Shown piece after piece: positions 1 to 7,936 of a DNA stretch of 54,872 bases; position 1 is the stretch's first letter; each line of letters starts with the position of its first letter. Below the pieces are notes generated by a model. It was given only the letters and a program-made list of their open reading frames with translations. It searched no databases and was not told the DNA's origin. This DNA is from an uncultured virus (IMG/VR IMGVR_UViG_3300045107_000066). Its lineage: Duplodnaviria; Heunggongvirae; Uroviricota; Caudoviricetes. The stretch lies in the IMG/VR virus record IMGVR_UViG_3300045107_000066; one strand, 5' to 3'. The translations under genes were made by a program, and so were the position numbers.

Positions 1-34
1 CATCGCTGTCGGCCAGTAATCGACTGGCGGCGAG

Positions 35-109
35 TCAGGGCGGGCGGATTCGAACCGCCGATCTCTTGCATCCCGAGCAAGCGGATTAACCAAGCTTTCC
101 CACGCCCTG
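35..109 (-). tRNA. tRNA-Pro (anticodon loop UCGGGAU; GGG/CGG register ambiguous)
   Basis: Cloverleaf: CAGGGCG/CGCCCTG acceptor, GGTTCGAATCC T-arm, CTTGC/GCAAG anticodon stem; no encoded CCA. Confidence 0.85.
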
Positions 110-118
110 ATAGCGGAG

Positions 119-191
119 TCTGGGTGGTGGGACTCGAACCCACGATTACCGGCTTCCGACGCCGGGAGGATAGCCACTTCCGCACACCCAG
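119..191 (-). tRNA. tRNA-Pro(CGG)
   Basis: CTGGGTG/CACCCAG acceptor; CCGGC-GTCGGAA-GCCGG anticodon arm; GGTTCGAGTCC T-arm. Confidence 0.85.
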
Positions 192-197
192 ATTGAG

Positions 198-278
198 CAG
201 ACCCGTGAGGAATCGAACCCCATAGCACAAAGGCAGTGGTTTTGGAGGCCACAGCAGTTCCCAGACTGCACCGGGTCT
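198..278 (-). tRNA. Atypical tRNA-Trp(CCA) with 5-bp D-stem and long variable region
   Basis: AGACCCG/CGGGTCT acceptor; GCAGT/ACTGC D-stem; loop CTCCAAA; ~13-nt variable region; TTCGATT T-loop. Confidence 0.7.
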
Positions 279-283
279 ATCAG

Positions 284-351
284 TGGAGTAGAGGGGAGTT
301 GAACCCCTTATCCGTGCTTGCAAGGCACAGAGCTTACCCGTAAGCTACCCC
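284..351 (-). tRNA. tRNA-Ala(TGC), shortened D-arm
   Basis: GGGGTAG/CTACTCC acceptor with G3:U70; loop CTTGCAA; only 68 nt. Confidence 0.8.
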
Positions 352-494
352 GTCAAAGAAAAGGTGTTCTCGGCTGGTTAAACTAACTCACTTTCCACAA
401 GCCGCCACGCTTGCGGTTCATCCCTTTCGGGGGCTGCGAGTGCTGGCTGACCATCCCCAGCAATTCCACCCTAACCTGGGTGGCGTTTTTTAAG

Positions 495-568
495 TCGGGC
501 TACAAGGAGTTGAACCTTGACCTACGCTTTATCAGAGCGTCGTGCAGAAGCCGCTACACCATAGCCCG
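495..568 (-). tRNA. tRNA-Ile(GAT)
   Basis: ACGCT-CTGATAA-AGCGT anticodon arm; full cloverleaf. Confidence 0.9.
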
Positions 569-576
569 TTCTCAAG

Positions 577-651
577 TCGGCCCACCTGGAATCGAACCAG
601 GACTTGCTGCTTATCAGACAGCCGTGCAGTAAACCACTACACTATGGGCCG
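577..651 (-). tRNA. tRNA-Ile(GAT)
   Basis: GCTGT-CTGATAA-GCAGC anticodon arm; full cloverleaf. Confidence 0.9.
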
Positions 652-652
652 G

Positions 653-728
653 TGGTGGGGAAGGAAGGACTCTCACCTTCAGCAGCAATGAACATGCTGC
701 CATTCTGTTACGCCGAATCTTGCTCCCC
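653..728 (-). tRNA. tRNA-like RNA or pseudo-tRNA (loop UGUUCAU, encoded CCA)
   Basis: GGGGAG/TTCCCC acceptor followed by ACCA; T-arm GAAGG-TGAGAGT-CCTTC; 6-bp GCAGCA/TGCTGC stem; almost no variable loop. Confidence 0.5.
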
Positions 729-748
729 ATGTTCCTCTTTCGAGGAAG

Positions 749-821
749 GGTGTGCGAGGAGGATTGAACTCCCACTTACTGCTCCACAAACAGTCGTGCA
801 GACCACTACACTACGCACACC
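749..821 (-). tRNA. tRNA-His(GTG)
   Basis: G-1 acceptor GGTGTGCG/CGCACACC; loop TTGTGGA. Confidence 0.9.
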
Positions 822-850
822 ATCAATCTGTAAGATTCTCATCTTACAAG

Positions 851-925
851 GGTGGTCGAGGGGAGTCGAACCCCCACTTCCTGATTCACAGTCAGGCGTG
901 CAGAAACCGCTACACTACGACCACC
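851..925 (-). tRNA. tRNA-His(GTG)
   Basis: G-1 acceptor GGTGGTCG/CGACCACC; CCTGA-CTGTGAA-TCAGG anticodon arm. Confidence 0.9.
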
Positions 926-931
926 ATAAAG

Positions 932-1002
932 TCGGCGATAGAAGAATCGAACTTCTGTTTCCTGCGTGTCATGCAGATGTCCTACCATTGAACGAATCGC
1001 CG
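932..1002 (-). tRNA. tRNA-Val(GAC)
   Basis: TCTGC-ATGACAC-GCAGG anticodon arm; cloverleaf. Confidence 0.85.
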
Positions 1003-1006
1003 TTCA

Positions 1007-1076
1007 GTCCCCCGCACAGGTGTCGAGCCTGTTAGCCGTGGTTCGAAGCCACAGTACCGAGCCGTCGGGCAGGGGA
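1007..1076 (-). tRNA. tRNA-Arg(TCG), shortened D-arm
   Basis: TGTGG-CTTCGAA-CCACG anticodon arm; CCGA-CGGC-TCGG mini D-arm; ~70 nt. Confidence 0.75.
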
Positions 1077-1130
1077 TACAGGCCGAACCTCGACATCATG
1101 CCGGGTTCGGCCGTATTACGTTTCTCACCG

Positions 1131-1144
1131 AGTTGTCAAAGACC
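1131..1144 (-). promoter_or_regulatory. boxA-like antitermination element
   Basis: GGTCTTTGACAACT on the minus strand, preceded by a small GC hairpin, inside the tRNA array. Confidence 0.6.
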
Positions 1145-1174
1145 CACCCGCCGGGTTAGGGCAGGCGTTTCAAG

Positions 1175-1245
1175 TATCCCGTACAGGAGTCGAACCTGTT
1201 CTTGCAGCTTCGGAGGCTACCGTGCTTCCAGCACACTCACGGGAC
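1175..1245 (-). tRNA. tRNA-Arg(CCG)
   Basis: GTAGC-CTCCGAA-GCTGC anticodon arm; cloverleaf. Confidence 0.9.
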
Positions 1246-1259
1246 ATCTTCACTAACAG

Positions 1260-1331
1260 TATCTCGTGCAGGAGTCGAACCTGCTCTTACAGTTTCGTAG
1301 ACTGTCGTGCTATCCATCACACCCACGAGAC
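1260..1331 (-). tRNA. tRNA-Arg(ACG)
   Basis: ACAGT-CTACGAA-ACTGT anticodon arm; cloverleaf. Confidence 0.9.
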
Positions 1332-1342
1332 ATCTCTAACAG

Positions 1343-1410
1343 TACCCTGTGAAGGAGTCGAACCTTCTGTCCGGGTTTCGTAGACCCAGCACCCAGCCGT
1401 AGGACAGGGC
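1343..1410 (-). tRNA. tRNA-Arg(ACG), shortened D-arm
   Basis: TGGGT-CTACGAA-ACCCG anticodon arm; CCTA-CGGC-TGGG mini D-arm; 68 nt. Confidence 0.8.
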
Positions 1411-1454
1411 ATCCGCTCGCCGCAACCAGTCGGTGTCACGTCACCGACAAACGC

Positions 1455-1508
1455 AAAAACGGGATCGGCTCAGGCAATCATAACTCTTGCCTGAGCCGAT
1501 CCCGTTTT
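1455..1508 (-). terminator. Attenuator terminator hairpin upstream of the tRNA array
   Basis: Perfect 22-bp inverted repeat AAAACGGGATCGGCTCAGGCAA/TTGCCTGAGCCGATCCCGTTTT ending in a U-run on the minus strand. Confidence 0.8.
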
Positions 1509-1564
1509 GGTGATCTCTTTGGCTCAGGCTTTGGCTTTTTAGCCACCCTGAGCCGTCTATGCGG

Positions 1565-1708
1565 TCACTCAGAGTAGCGGGCGATGGTATCCCAACCTTG
1601 CTTCTCGACACGATGTCCCTGTTCGGGATTCGTAATGCGAGGGCACGGGCGCACGTTGGCCGTATTGGCTTTCCGCTGCATCGCTACTCTCTGGGTGAAG
1701 GTAAACAT
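1565..1708 (-). CDS. Putative 47-aa attenuator leader peptide (MFTFTQRVAM...ARYSE)
   Basis: Short ORF between tRNA-Met and the terminator; its start and end are mutually complementary and it is followed by alternative hairpin segments. Confidence 0.6.
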   Translation of the reverse strand: MFTFTQRVAMQRKANTANVRPCPRITNPEQGHRVEKQGWDTIARYSE

Positions 1709-1750
1709 TTGATTCTCTAGTTCTCTGTCGCAACGAGCGACAGGGTTAAG

Positions 1751-1826
1751 TGCGGGGTGCAGGATTTGAACCTGCGATCTCTTGGTTATGAGCCAAGTGA
1801 GATGGGCCAGACTTCTCCAACCCCGT
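1751..1826 (-). tRNA. tRNA-Met(CAT), initiator-like
   Basis: CTTGG-CTCATAA-CCAAG anticodon arm; 1:72 mismatch (A/C); GGAGAAGTCTGG D-arm resembling fMet tRNA. Confidence 0.85.
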
Positions 1827-1832
1827 GCATGT

Positions 1833-1860
1833 ATATTAGCGATCCCTTTTCTTTTTGCAA
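1833..1860 (-). promoter_or_regulatory. Sigma70-like promoter for tRNA-Met, leader and array
   Basis: TTGCAA-16 nt-TAATAT just upstream of the tRNA 5' end. Confidence 0.55.
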
Positions 1861-2035
1861 CACCATTTCCGATTTTTGTCGAAAATGTTTCGGGATCAGG
1901 TTGCCGTGCGTCGTTCATCTCCGTCGCACACCACTATAGACGCCGCCGGTTCGGGGAGGTTCGCACCTTTTCCGAAAAAATTCCAGACGGTGCTTTGGGC
2001 CGAAATCCTTCGCTCGGTCGGTTAAATACTGGAGC

Positions 2036-2896
2036 ATGGCAAGAGTCAACTACACCGGGTTCGATACCGGCGACACAATCGAGGCGATGGCCTCCTCCAA
2101 CTGTGTCTTCGACACGACCAACCGACTGAACAGTAGCGGCTACTCCCTGAAGCTTCAACCAGCTTCGGGCGGGCAGGCGTACTACTCCCTAACGGTAATC
2201 GGGGCGGACGGCACGCAGGCGAACGCCACGACGCTCGACAGCTACATGAAGTTTCACGTCTACGTCACGTCACGGCCGTCCACCACAACCGAGATTGCCT
2301 CCTTCTGGACTTCGGGCAGCAGCAGCCCGCAGTGCGTACTGGTTATGACCAGTACCGGACACCTTGCCGTACTGGACACGTCTTCAACGCCCGTCATCTC
2401 GGCTGTCGGTCCGGTCGCCTTGAACACCTGGACTCGAATCGAGATGCACTACTCCAACGACGGCGACACTAACGGTGCGGTCGAGTTGAAGCTGGATGGC
2501 ACATCCCAGGGGACGGCGAGCGGGATGAATGGGACGGCCGGTGTAGACGAATGGGTGATCGGTCGTCGGTACTCCAGCACAGCCACCGCTTACACAATCT
2601 ACTTCGAGGACTTCGTGGTAGACGACGCCGCCTACCCAGGCGACACACGGATCGTCTTACTCACGCCGAACGCCAACGGATCGAACACGGGTTGGATCGC
2701 CAGTGCCGGGTCTGCCTTCCAGTGCGTTGACGACGTGCCGAACAACGGCGACACGGACTACATCCAAAGCAGCGGCACAGAGTCGTCGTTCGCCATGAGT
2801 AACACCACCGGGACTGCCATTGCAGGCACGTCCTCCGTGAAGGCCGTTAAAGCCATCGCCGCCCGGAAATGCACAGTAGGGAGCGCAATCGAATAA
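2036..2896 (+). CDS. Putative virion protein, N-terminal part (LamG/ConA-like beta-sandwich)
   Basis: Ser/Thr/Gly-rich beta protein with WTRIEM, VELKLDG and YFEDFVVDD motifs; TAAATA 7 nt upstream of ATG. Confidence 0.6.
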   Translation: MARVNYTGFDTGDTIEAMASSNCVFDTTNRLNSSGYSLKLQPASGGQAYYSLTVIGADGTQANATTLDSYMKFHVYVTSRPSTTTEIASFWTSGSSSPQCVLVMTSTGHLAVLDTSSTPVISAVGPVALNTWTRIEMHYSNDGDTNGAVELKLDGTSQGTASGMNGTAGVDEWVIGRRYSSTATAYTIYFEDFVVDDAAYPGDTRIVLLTPNANGSNTGWIASAGSAFQCVDDVPNNGDTDYIQSSGTESSFAMSNTTGTAIAGTSSVKAVKAIAARKCTVGSAIE

Positions 2897-2897
2897 C

Positions 2898-4352
2898 ATG
2901 GCACTCAACGGCTTCAGAGTAAAAATCTATTCCAGTAGCTCGACCGCTCAAACCAGCCCGACCGATCCGGCTGGAGCGGAACTGAGCTACACCGGCTCGT
3001 TTCTTATCACGACCGTAGACCCCAACACGTCGTCGGCCTGGACCGAATCCGGGATCAACGCCGCCGAAGCGGGTGTCAGCTACAACTCAACCGGCACGAT
3101 GCGGGTGTCGGCTATGTACCTGTCGGTTGAAGCTCTCGCCCCGTCAGGCGGTGGTGGCGGTACGACTTACACCGAAACCGGCAGCGGCGGCATCGTGGGT
3201 GGTAGCACCGCTACTATTCGGAAAGTCGTCCCGATCTCGATTACCTCTGCTGGTGCAAGAGGCGGCAGCACCGCTACCATCAGTAAAAGGTCGTTCCTGA
3301 CCCCGACAGGCGGTAGCCTCGGTGCAGCTTCCGCCACCGTTCTCTGTGTCCACCGTTACACCGGGTCGGGCGGCAGCCTCGGTGCGGCGTCCGCCTTCAT
3401 TCTCAGCGAGTTCTACTATACGGGCACCGGCGGTACAGTCGGAGCGGGTATCGCCGACGTTGACACAAGCAACATCGGCACCGTTACAGTTTCGGGCGGT
3501 GCCCGTAGCGGCGGTTTGGCCGACACATTCCGCATCTTGAACAACACCGGCTCGGGCGGTAGCGTCGGCGGGAGTGCGGCACGGGTCATTCGCATTTTGA
3601 ACAACACCGGCTCGGGTGGTAGCGTCGGAGCGGGCACGGCGACCAAGACGAGTCGCTACCGACCTACGCCAACTGGCGGCATCCTCGGTGCGGGTACGGC
3701 GACGGTTATCGTCGGGTTGACTTCTCGGGGTGGCGTGGTAGGCGGCAGCACAGCTACGGTTGCAGCCCGCTACCGAGTGACACCGACGGGCGGCATCAAG
3801 GGTGGAAGCACCGGCCGCTTCAACATGTTCTACCGGATCACCACGACGACAGCCGGTGTCAGGGCGAACGGCGGATCAACCATCCGTATCGACTTCCGGG
3901 CCAGCGGCGGTGCGGTCCTCGCCGGTACGGCTAAAACTTCGGTCGGCATCTACGGAAATGGTGGGGCAAAACTTGGCGGCTCTGGCGATGTGGCAGCTTA
4001 CTTCACAACTATCTTCGCCCAGGGCGGGGTCAAGGCTGGCGGCAAGATCAAAGTGGCACGCCTGAAGCAGTTCACTCCGGTGAAGACTGGTATTGGTCGT
4101 GCCCTTGCCAGCGACAACATTCTCAAGCCGAAGCTGCCGACTTCACTGCTACTGCAACCGTTCGGCTCGCAGACTCCGGCCGCACCCACGACGGTGCGGA
4201 CGCAGGATCAGGCTCAGTGGAACGAAATTACGGAAAGCTCGGAAGACGTGTTGCCGCCGATCACCATCAAAATCCAGCGACCGTACCTGCCTCCGAAGAG
4301 ACGGGGTACGGTCGCTCGGGATCGTCAGTTCGCCACCCTTACTACGTCTTAA
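2898..4352 (+). CDS. Putative virion/tail-associated protein with GGxxxGG repeats
   Basis: ~20-aa period repeats (GSGGSVGGSA...); 60-bp near-tandem duplication 3531-3628; DPNTSSAWT motif. Confidence 0.65.
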   Translation: MALNGFRVKIYSSSSTAQTSPTDPAGAELSYTGSFLITTVDPNTSSAWTESGINAAEAGVSYNSTGTMRVSAMYLSVEALAPSGGGGGTTYTETGSGGIVGGSTATIRKVVPISITSAGARGGSTATISKRSFLTPTGGSLGAASATVLCVHRYTGSGGSLGAASAFILSEFYYTGTGGTVGAGIADVDTSNIGTVTVSGGARSGGLADTFRILNNTGSGGSVGGSAARVIRILNNTGSGGSVGAGTATKTSRYRPTPTGGILGAGTATVIVGLTSRGGVVGGSTATVAARYRVTPTGGIKGGSTGRFNMFYRITTTTAGVRANGGSTIRIDFRASGGAVLAGTAKTSVGIYGNGGAKLGGSGDVAAYFTTIFAQGGVKAGGKIKVARLKQFTPVKTGIGRALASDNILKPKLPTSLLLQPFGSQTPAAPTTVRTQDQAQWNEITESSEDVLPPITIKIQRPYLPPKRRGTVARDRQFATLTTS

Positions 4353-4545
4353 GGATGTCGTCGCCACTCGCCGTCCAGTAGATACACTCTTTGGACGGCG
4401 GCTCGCCCTTGATCTCCGATGGCCCGCCCTCCCGGTAGCTGACGGCATCGGGGATGTCCATCAGGTAGTCGAGAAGAACGAGAAGCATCTTCTCCTTCTT
4501 CTTCTCGGGCAGGTTCTTGACGTAGGTCTTCCAGTTCTTCTTCAT
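4342..4545 (-). CDS. Hypothetical protein
   Basis: ATGA overlap with upstream gene; genome-like codon usage. Confidence 0.6.
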   Translation of the reverse strand: MKKNWKTYVKNLPEKKKEKMLLVLLDYLMDIPDAVSYREGGPSEIKGEPPSKECIYWTASGDDILKT

Positions 4546-5042
4546 GCCAGTAGTTTCGCTAGGTACTCTTTCGCCTTCTCGTAGCCCCAGGCGTGGATCA
4601 GCTTGTCCACCTTCGTCACGTCCTCAGCCGGAAACAGGTCATCGGCCGACCCGGTGATGTTCGAGTCCTTCCAGTCGATGTTGATGACCCGCTTCCGCCA
4701 GCCGATGACGATGGTGCCCTTGTGGGTCTGCACCTTGAGCCACGGCTTGAGGATGCAGCACGGCTGGCTACAGTAGCCGTTCGGCAGTTCGGTGTGGGTC
4801 GTCGGGCAGGGGAAGCAGGCCAGCAGCGATGCCGTCTCTTCCTTGCCGATCCGAACGGCCTCCGGGTCGGCCTTCACTTCGGCTGTGTGGATGATCTTCA
4901 TCACCTGCTCGCCGACCCGGCGAATGGCCCAGATGTCGTCCTCGGAGAGCGGCACGCTGACGTGGACGGCGATCTTGACGCCGAGGCTTTTGGCCCCGTA
5001 GACTTCGTGACTGTGGACTTCGGTGTATTGCAGTTCGGCCAT
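4542..5042 (-). CDS. Hypothetical phage protein (NGYC...C...PW, IGWRKRVI, IHAW motifs)
   Basis: AGGAGG RBS before MAELQ; own TTTACA-16-TATACT promoter at 5066-5093. Confidence 0.75.
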   Translation of the reverse strand: MAELQYTEVHSHEVYGAKSLGVKIAVHVSVPLSEDDIWAIRRVGEQVMKIIHTAEVKADPEAVRIGKEETASLLACFPCPTTHTELPNGYCSQPCCILKPWLKVQTHKGTIVIGWRKRVINIDWKDSNITGSADDLFPAEDVTKVDKLIHAWGYEKAKEYLAKLLA

Positions 5043-5093
5043 GATGTCCTCCTGGGGTTTCACTCAGTATACCCCAGGAGGGTCGTGTGTAAA

Positions 5094-5417
5094 TCAGCCT
5101 TTCGTCCCGGCTTCCTTCTGGAACTCCAGGGTTTGCCCGGCCCCCAGCACGAAAGCGTCGTTCACCTGCTTACCGTCAACGTAGGCGACGGCATCGCTCG
5201 GCAGGTTGAACACGTCACGCAGGGACTTCCGCACCGAGCCGACTTCCTTGCCGGTCAGGTTGGGAAAGTATTCCTCGTTCGCCCCGTGGATCACCCGAAC
5301 CTTGTCGAGTGCCCGGTGACTCCGCTGAAGAACGTCGCCGATGTCGGGTCCGGCGACGTGACCGAGAGCGTTGTTCTGTGCCCCGCCGCCTGTGTTCTGT
5401 ACTTGTTCCTGAGACAC
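5094..5417 (-). CDS. Ubiquitin-like (beta-grasp) protein ending in ...AGTKG
   Basis: VRVIHGA...AYVDGKQV...VLGAGQTLEF pattern and C-terminal Gly; last gene of the E2/JAB/E1 operon. Confidence 0.8.
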   Translation of the reverse strand: MSQEQVQNTGGGAQNNALGHVAGPDIGDVLQRSHRALDKVRVIHGANEEYFPNLTGKEVGSVRKSLRDVFNLPSDAVAYVDGKQVNDAFVLGAGQTLEFQKEAGTKG

Positions 5418-5427
5418 GATCTTCTCC

Positions 5428-6117
5428 TTAATACTGCTGCGGTGCTGGTCGCATCCGCTGTGTTAGGATGTCGAGGTATACCTGCTCGAACTTGGCCCTG
5501 CCTTGTTCGTGGGCGTAGTACACGTTGCACATCGAACTGGCGATGGCAAGGTTCGTAAACAACAACTGCGGATTGGCCTCGGCCAACGCCTCGCAGCCCT
5601 GCGACTCCTCCGCTTCCTCGCCGGGGTTCCGGTCCGTCGGGTTGGCGATCTTGTCGTGCAGTGCGGTCGGCGGCTTGGTGACGTTCTCCCCGTTCTCACG
5701 GAGGTAGTAGATCACGTTGCCGTCAGTGAAGTCATTCCCGCCGCTGATGAGCAGAACGTTGTCTAACTCCTCGCAGCGGTCCGACACGAGCTTCCGGGTG
5801 GCGTGGTTGTCCACACAGAGGAACACCACGTCGTTCTCCCGGACGGCCGAGATCACGTTGTCGTCCGTGATGTACTCGCCCTTCCCTCGGAAGAACACCT
5901 TCGGGAGCTTCTTCGTCATCTCTTCGGCCTTCGCCACCGCCTTGTTCTCCAGCTTGTCGAACGTCTGGCGGTTGCGGTTCTTGTCCTCGTAGGCGTCACC
6001 GTCGTACAACGTCACTTCGATGTTGTCGCCAGTGAAACTGAGGTAGCGGCACAGCGGCTCGACAAGCCAACAGCCGATGCCGCCCAGGCCGATGATCTTA
6101 ATCTTTCGAGTCTTCAT
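5428..6117 (-). CDS. ThiF/E1-like adenylating enzyme
   Basis: IGLGGIG, DGD...NRNRQ, LCVDN...R, GGND and candidate catalytic Cys (QGCE). Confidence 0.9.
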   Translation of the reverse strand: MKTRKIKIIGLGGIGCWLVEPLCRYLSFTGDNIEVTLYDGDAYEDKNRNRQTFDKLENKAVAKAEEMTKKLPKVFFRGKGEYITDDNVISAVRENDVVFLCVDNHATRKLVSDRCEELDNVLLISGGNDFTDGNVIYYLRENGENVTKPPTALHDKIANPTDRNPGEEAEESQGCEALAEANPQLLFTNLAIASSMCNVYYAHEQGRAKFEQVYLDILTQRMRPAPQQY

Positions 6118-6815
6118 GTTGCCTCTCTGACGCCGGATGGGTGAACGTTCGACAGCCACGTCTCCAGTTGCGGCTCATCATATTCCGGCGTGCCGGACAG
6201 CCGATAATACCCTTTATCCCCGACGGGTTCAATCCCCTCCAGGTGTTCTTCGGGCTTGACCTGCTGCCGCTTTCCGTTCACGACGATACACGCCGAGATC
6301 GTAAACACATCTTGGTCGTTGTGACCAAAAGTAACATGCAGGCCGTCAAAGTCCGCCTCGTCATTCACATCCGTCCCGCTGTGGAAAGCGGCGAAGTCGG
6401 CATGGCTGTGAATCGTTCCCACCAAAAGGAACTGCGGGTCAGGGTCTTCTCCTTCCCGGCGGGCGAGGTAGCCGACGCTGCCGTGGCTCACCAACTGCTC
6501 CGGGACTCGGACCATGAACTCCTTCGTCGTTTTGTTGTAATACAACAACGTGGCAGACTCGGCGTGGTACTTCGCCACCACCCGTTTGAATAATTCTTTG
6601 ATGCCCCAGGTTAACTTGGCAGGGAGCGTTGGGAGGTTGAGCCGCAGGTTGGCGACGTTCTTGACATCGGCCAGGAACGGGATATCCCTGACCTGCGTCA
6701 AGCAGGAGACGATGCCGGTGTTCTTCTGGAGGAAGATGCCGTTGCCTGCGACGATGTAGTAGGTTCCCTCGGAGGGCAGTTCCGTGCCCTCCTCGTAAAC
6801 GATGACTGGATACAT
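6114..6815 (-). CDS. JAB/MPN+ metallo-isopeptidase
   Basis: E...VGTIHSHADFAAFHSGTD (HxHx7Sx2D). Confidence 0.9.
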   Translation of the reverse strand: MYPVIVYEEGTELPSEGTYYIVAGNGIFLQKNTGIVSCLTQVRDIPFLADVKNVANLRLNLPTLPAKLTWGIKELFKRVVAKYHAESATLLYYNKTTKEFMVRVPEQLVSHGSVGYLARREGEDPDPQFLLVGTIHSHADFAAFHSGTDVNDEADFDGLHVTFGHNDQDVFTISACIVVNGKRQQVKPEEHLEGIEPVGDKGYYRLSGTPEYDEPQLETWLSNVHPSGVREAT

Positions 6816-6837
6816 TTGGCCTCCATGCCAAAGGTTG

Positions 6838-7935
6838 TTACTTGAGAATCTTTCGCAACTCGGTCATGAGTTGCCCCTGGAGTTCCGGCATCATCTGGTC
6901 GATCTTGTCCTCGATCCCGTTGGCGGCGTTCTTGACCGACTTCGCCACGTCCTCCAACAGTTCTTCCGCCACGGCGGTGAACAACTCCTGCTGGAACTGT
7001 GCGTTGGCGTCGTCGCCGTCGAACAGCTTCACGATGATGTCGCCGAAGGACTCCTCCGGGTGCGGCAGCCACCGCACGCCTTCGATGACGAACAGGGGGT
7101 TATCATACGAAGCCGCCTGCCACGAGTCCAAGTCCTTCAGCCGGTCGTCGGCCTCACGGAAGTGGGAACGGTAAGCCCAGAAGTGGCTCGCCCACTCGTT
7201 GCTGTACACCGTCTGCCAGAAGTGGGACATCACGAACGCCGCCTGCTGGACGAGGTTGTCCTTCACTAATTGACGGCGGTCGAAGTCCCGGCCCGAGCAA
7301 AGCTTCAACGTGTCGTCGATGTTGCTCAGGTAGGGCCGCAGCGGCTTCTCCTCCAGCCGCTTGAGCGGCCGGTCGTTGAAAGCGACGTAGGTCACGTCGT
7401 ACAGCCCGTTGCGGAAGCGGTGGATGAACACCGTGTACGGCAGGGCCAGAGAATAGTTGTAGACCTTGCTCTCAAGATGGTCGGAGATGTCCTCGGCCGT
7501 GCTACGCCGCTTGGCGAGCGAGCCGTGGAACTTGAGCATCCGGGTCTGCGGAGCGTACTCCATGACCATGATCTCGGTGTTCCCCTTCTTGTAGTACATG
7601 CGGGTGAAGTCGGGCATCAGCACCGGCCCGCCCTCGTTCCACTTGCACCACTGCTGGGATTTGTGCCACGCCTTACGGGCGACGGTCGAGCGGAACTTCT
7701 TGACGCTCTGCTCGATCCCGGCCTCGCTGTCGGCGGTCAACTCCTGACGCAACCGGCTGGCGGCAGTCTTGGCGATCTTCTTCACCAATTGATTGACCGC
7801 CCCCTGATCCAACTTGGCGAGCAAGTCGGATGCGGTGACGTTCGACACTTTGACTGCCGGGTCTGGTTCTGGAACCAGAGGGTTTTCTTGGTTGTTCATC
7901 GACATTTTCTTCTTCCGCCAAAACAGGAGGTTCAT
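6838..7935 (-). CDS. Prokaryotic E2-like protein (family D type)
   Basis: SLALPYTVF...PYLSNID...LCSG...FWQTVYS; operon with JAB, E1 and Ubl. Confidence 0.7.
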   Translation of the reverse strand: MNLLFWRKKKMSMNNQENPLVPEPDPAVKVSNVTASDLLAKLDQGAVNQLVKKIAKTAASRLRQELTADSEAGIEQSVKKFRSTVARKAWHKSQQWCKWNEGGPVLMPDFTRMYYKKGNTEIMVMEYAPQTRMLKFHGSLAKRRSTAEDISDHLESKVYNYSLALPYTVFIHRFRNGLYDVTYVAFNDRPLKRLEEKPLRPYLSNIDDTLKLCSGRDFDRRQLVKDNLVQQAAFVMSHFWQTVYSNEWASHFWAYRSHFREADDRLKDLDSWQAASYDNPLFVIEGVRWLPHPEESFGDIIVKLFDGDDANAQFQQELFTAVAEELLEDVAKSVKNAANGIEDKIDQMMPELQGQLMTELRKILK

Positions 7936-7936
7936 G

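Noticed and set aside
411..1256. Plus-strand ORFs over the tRNA array
   Set aside because: Antisense to tRNA genes; translations reflect reverse-complemented T-arms
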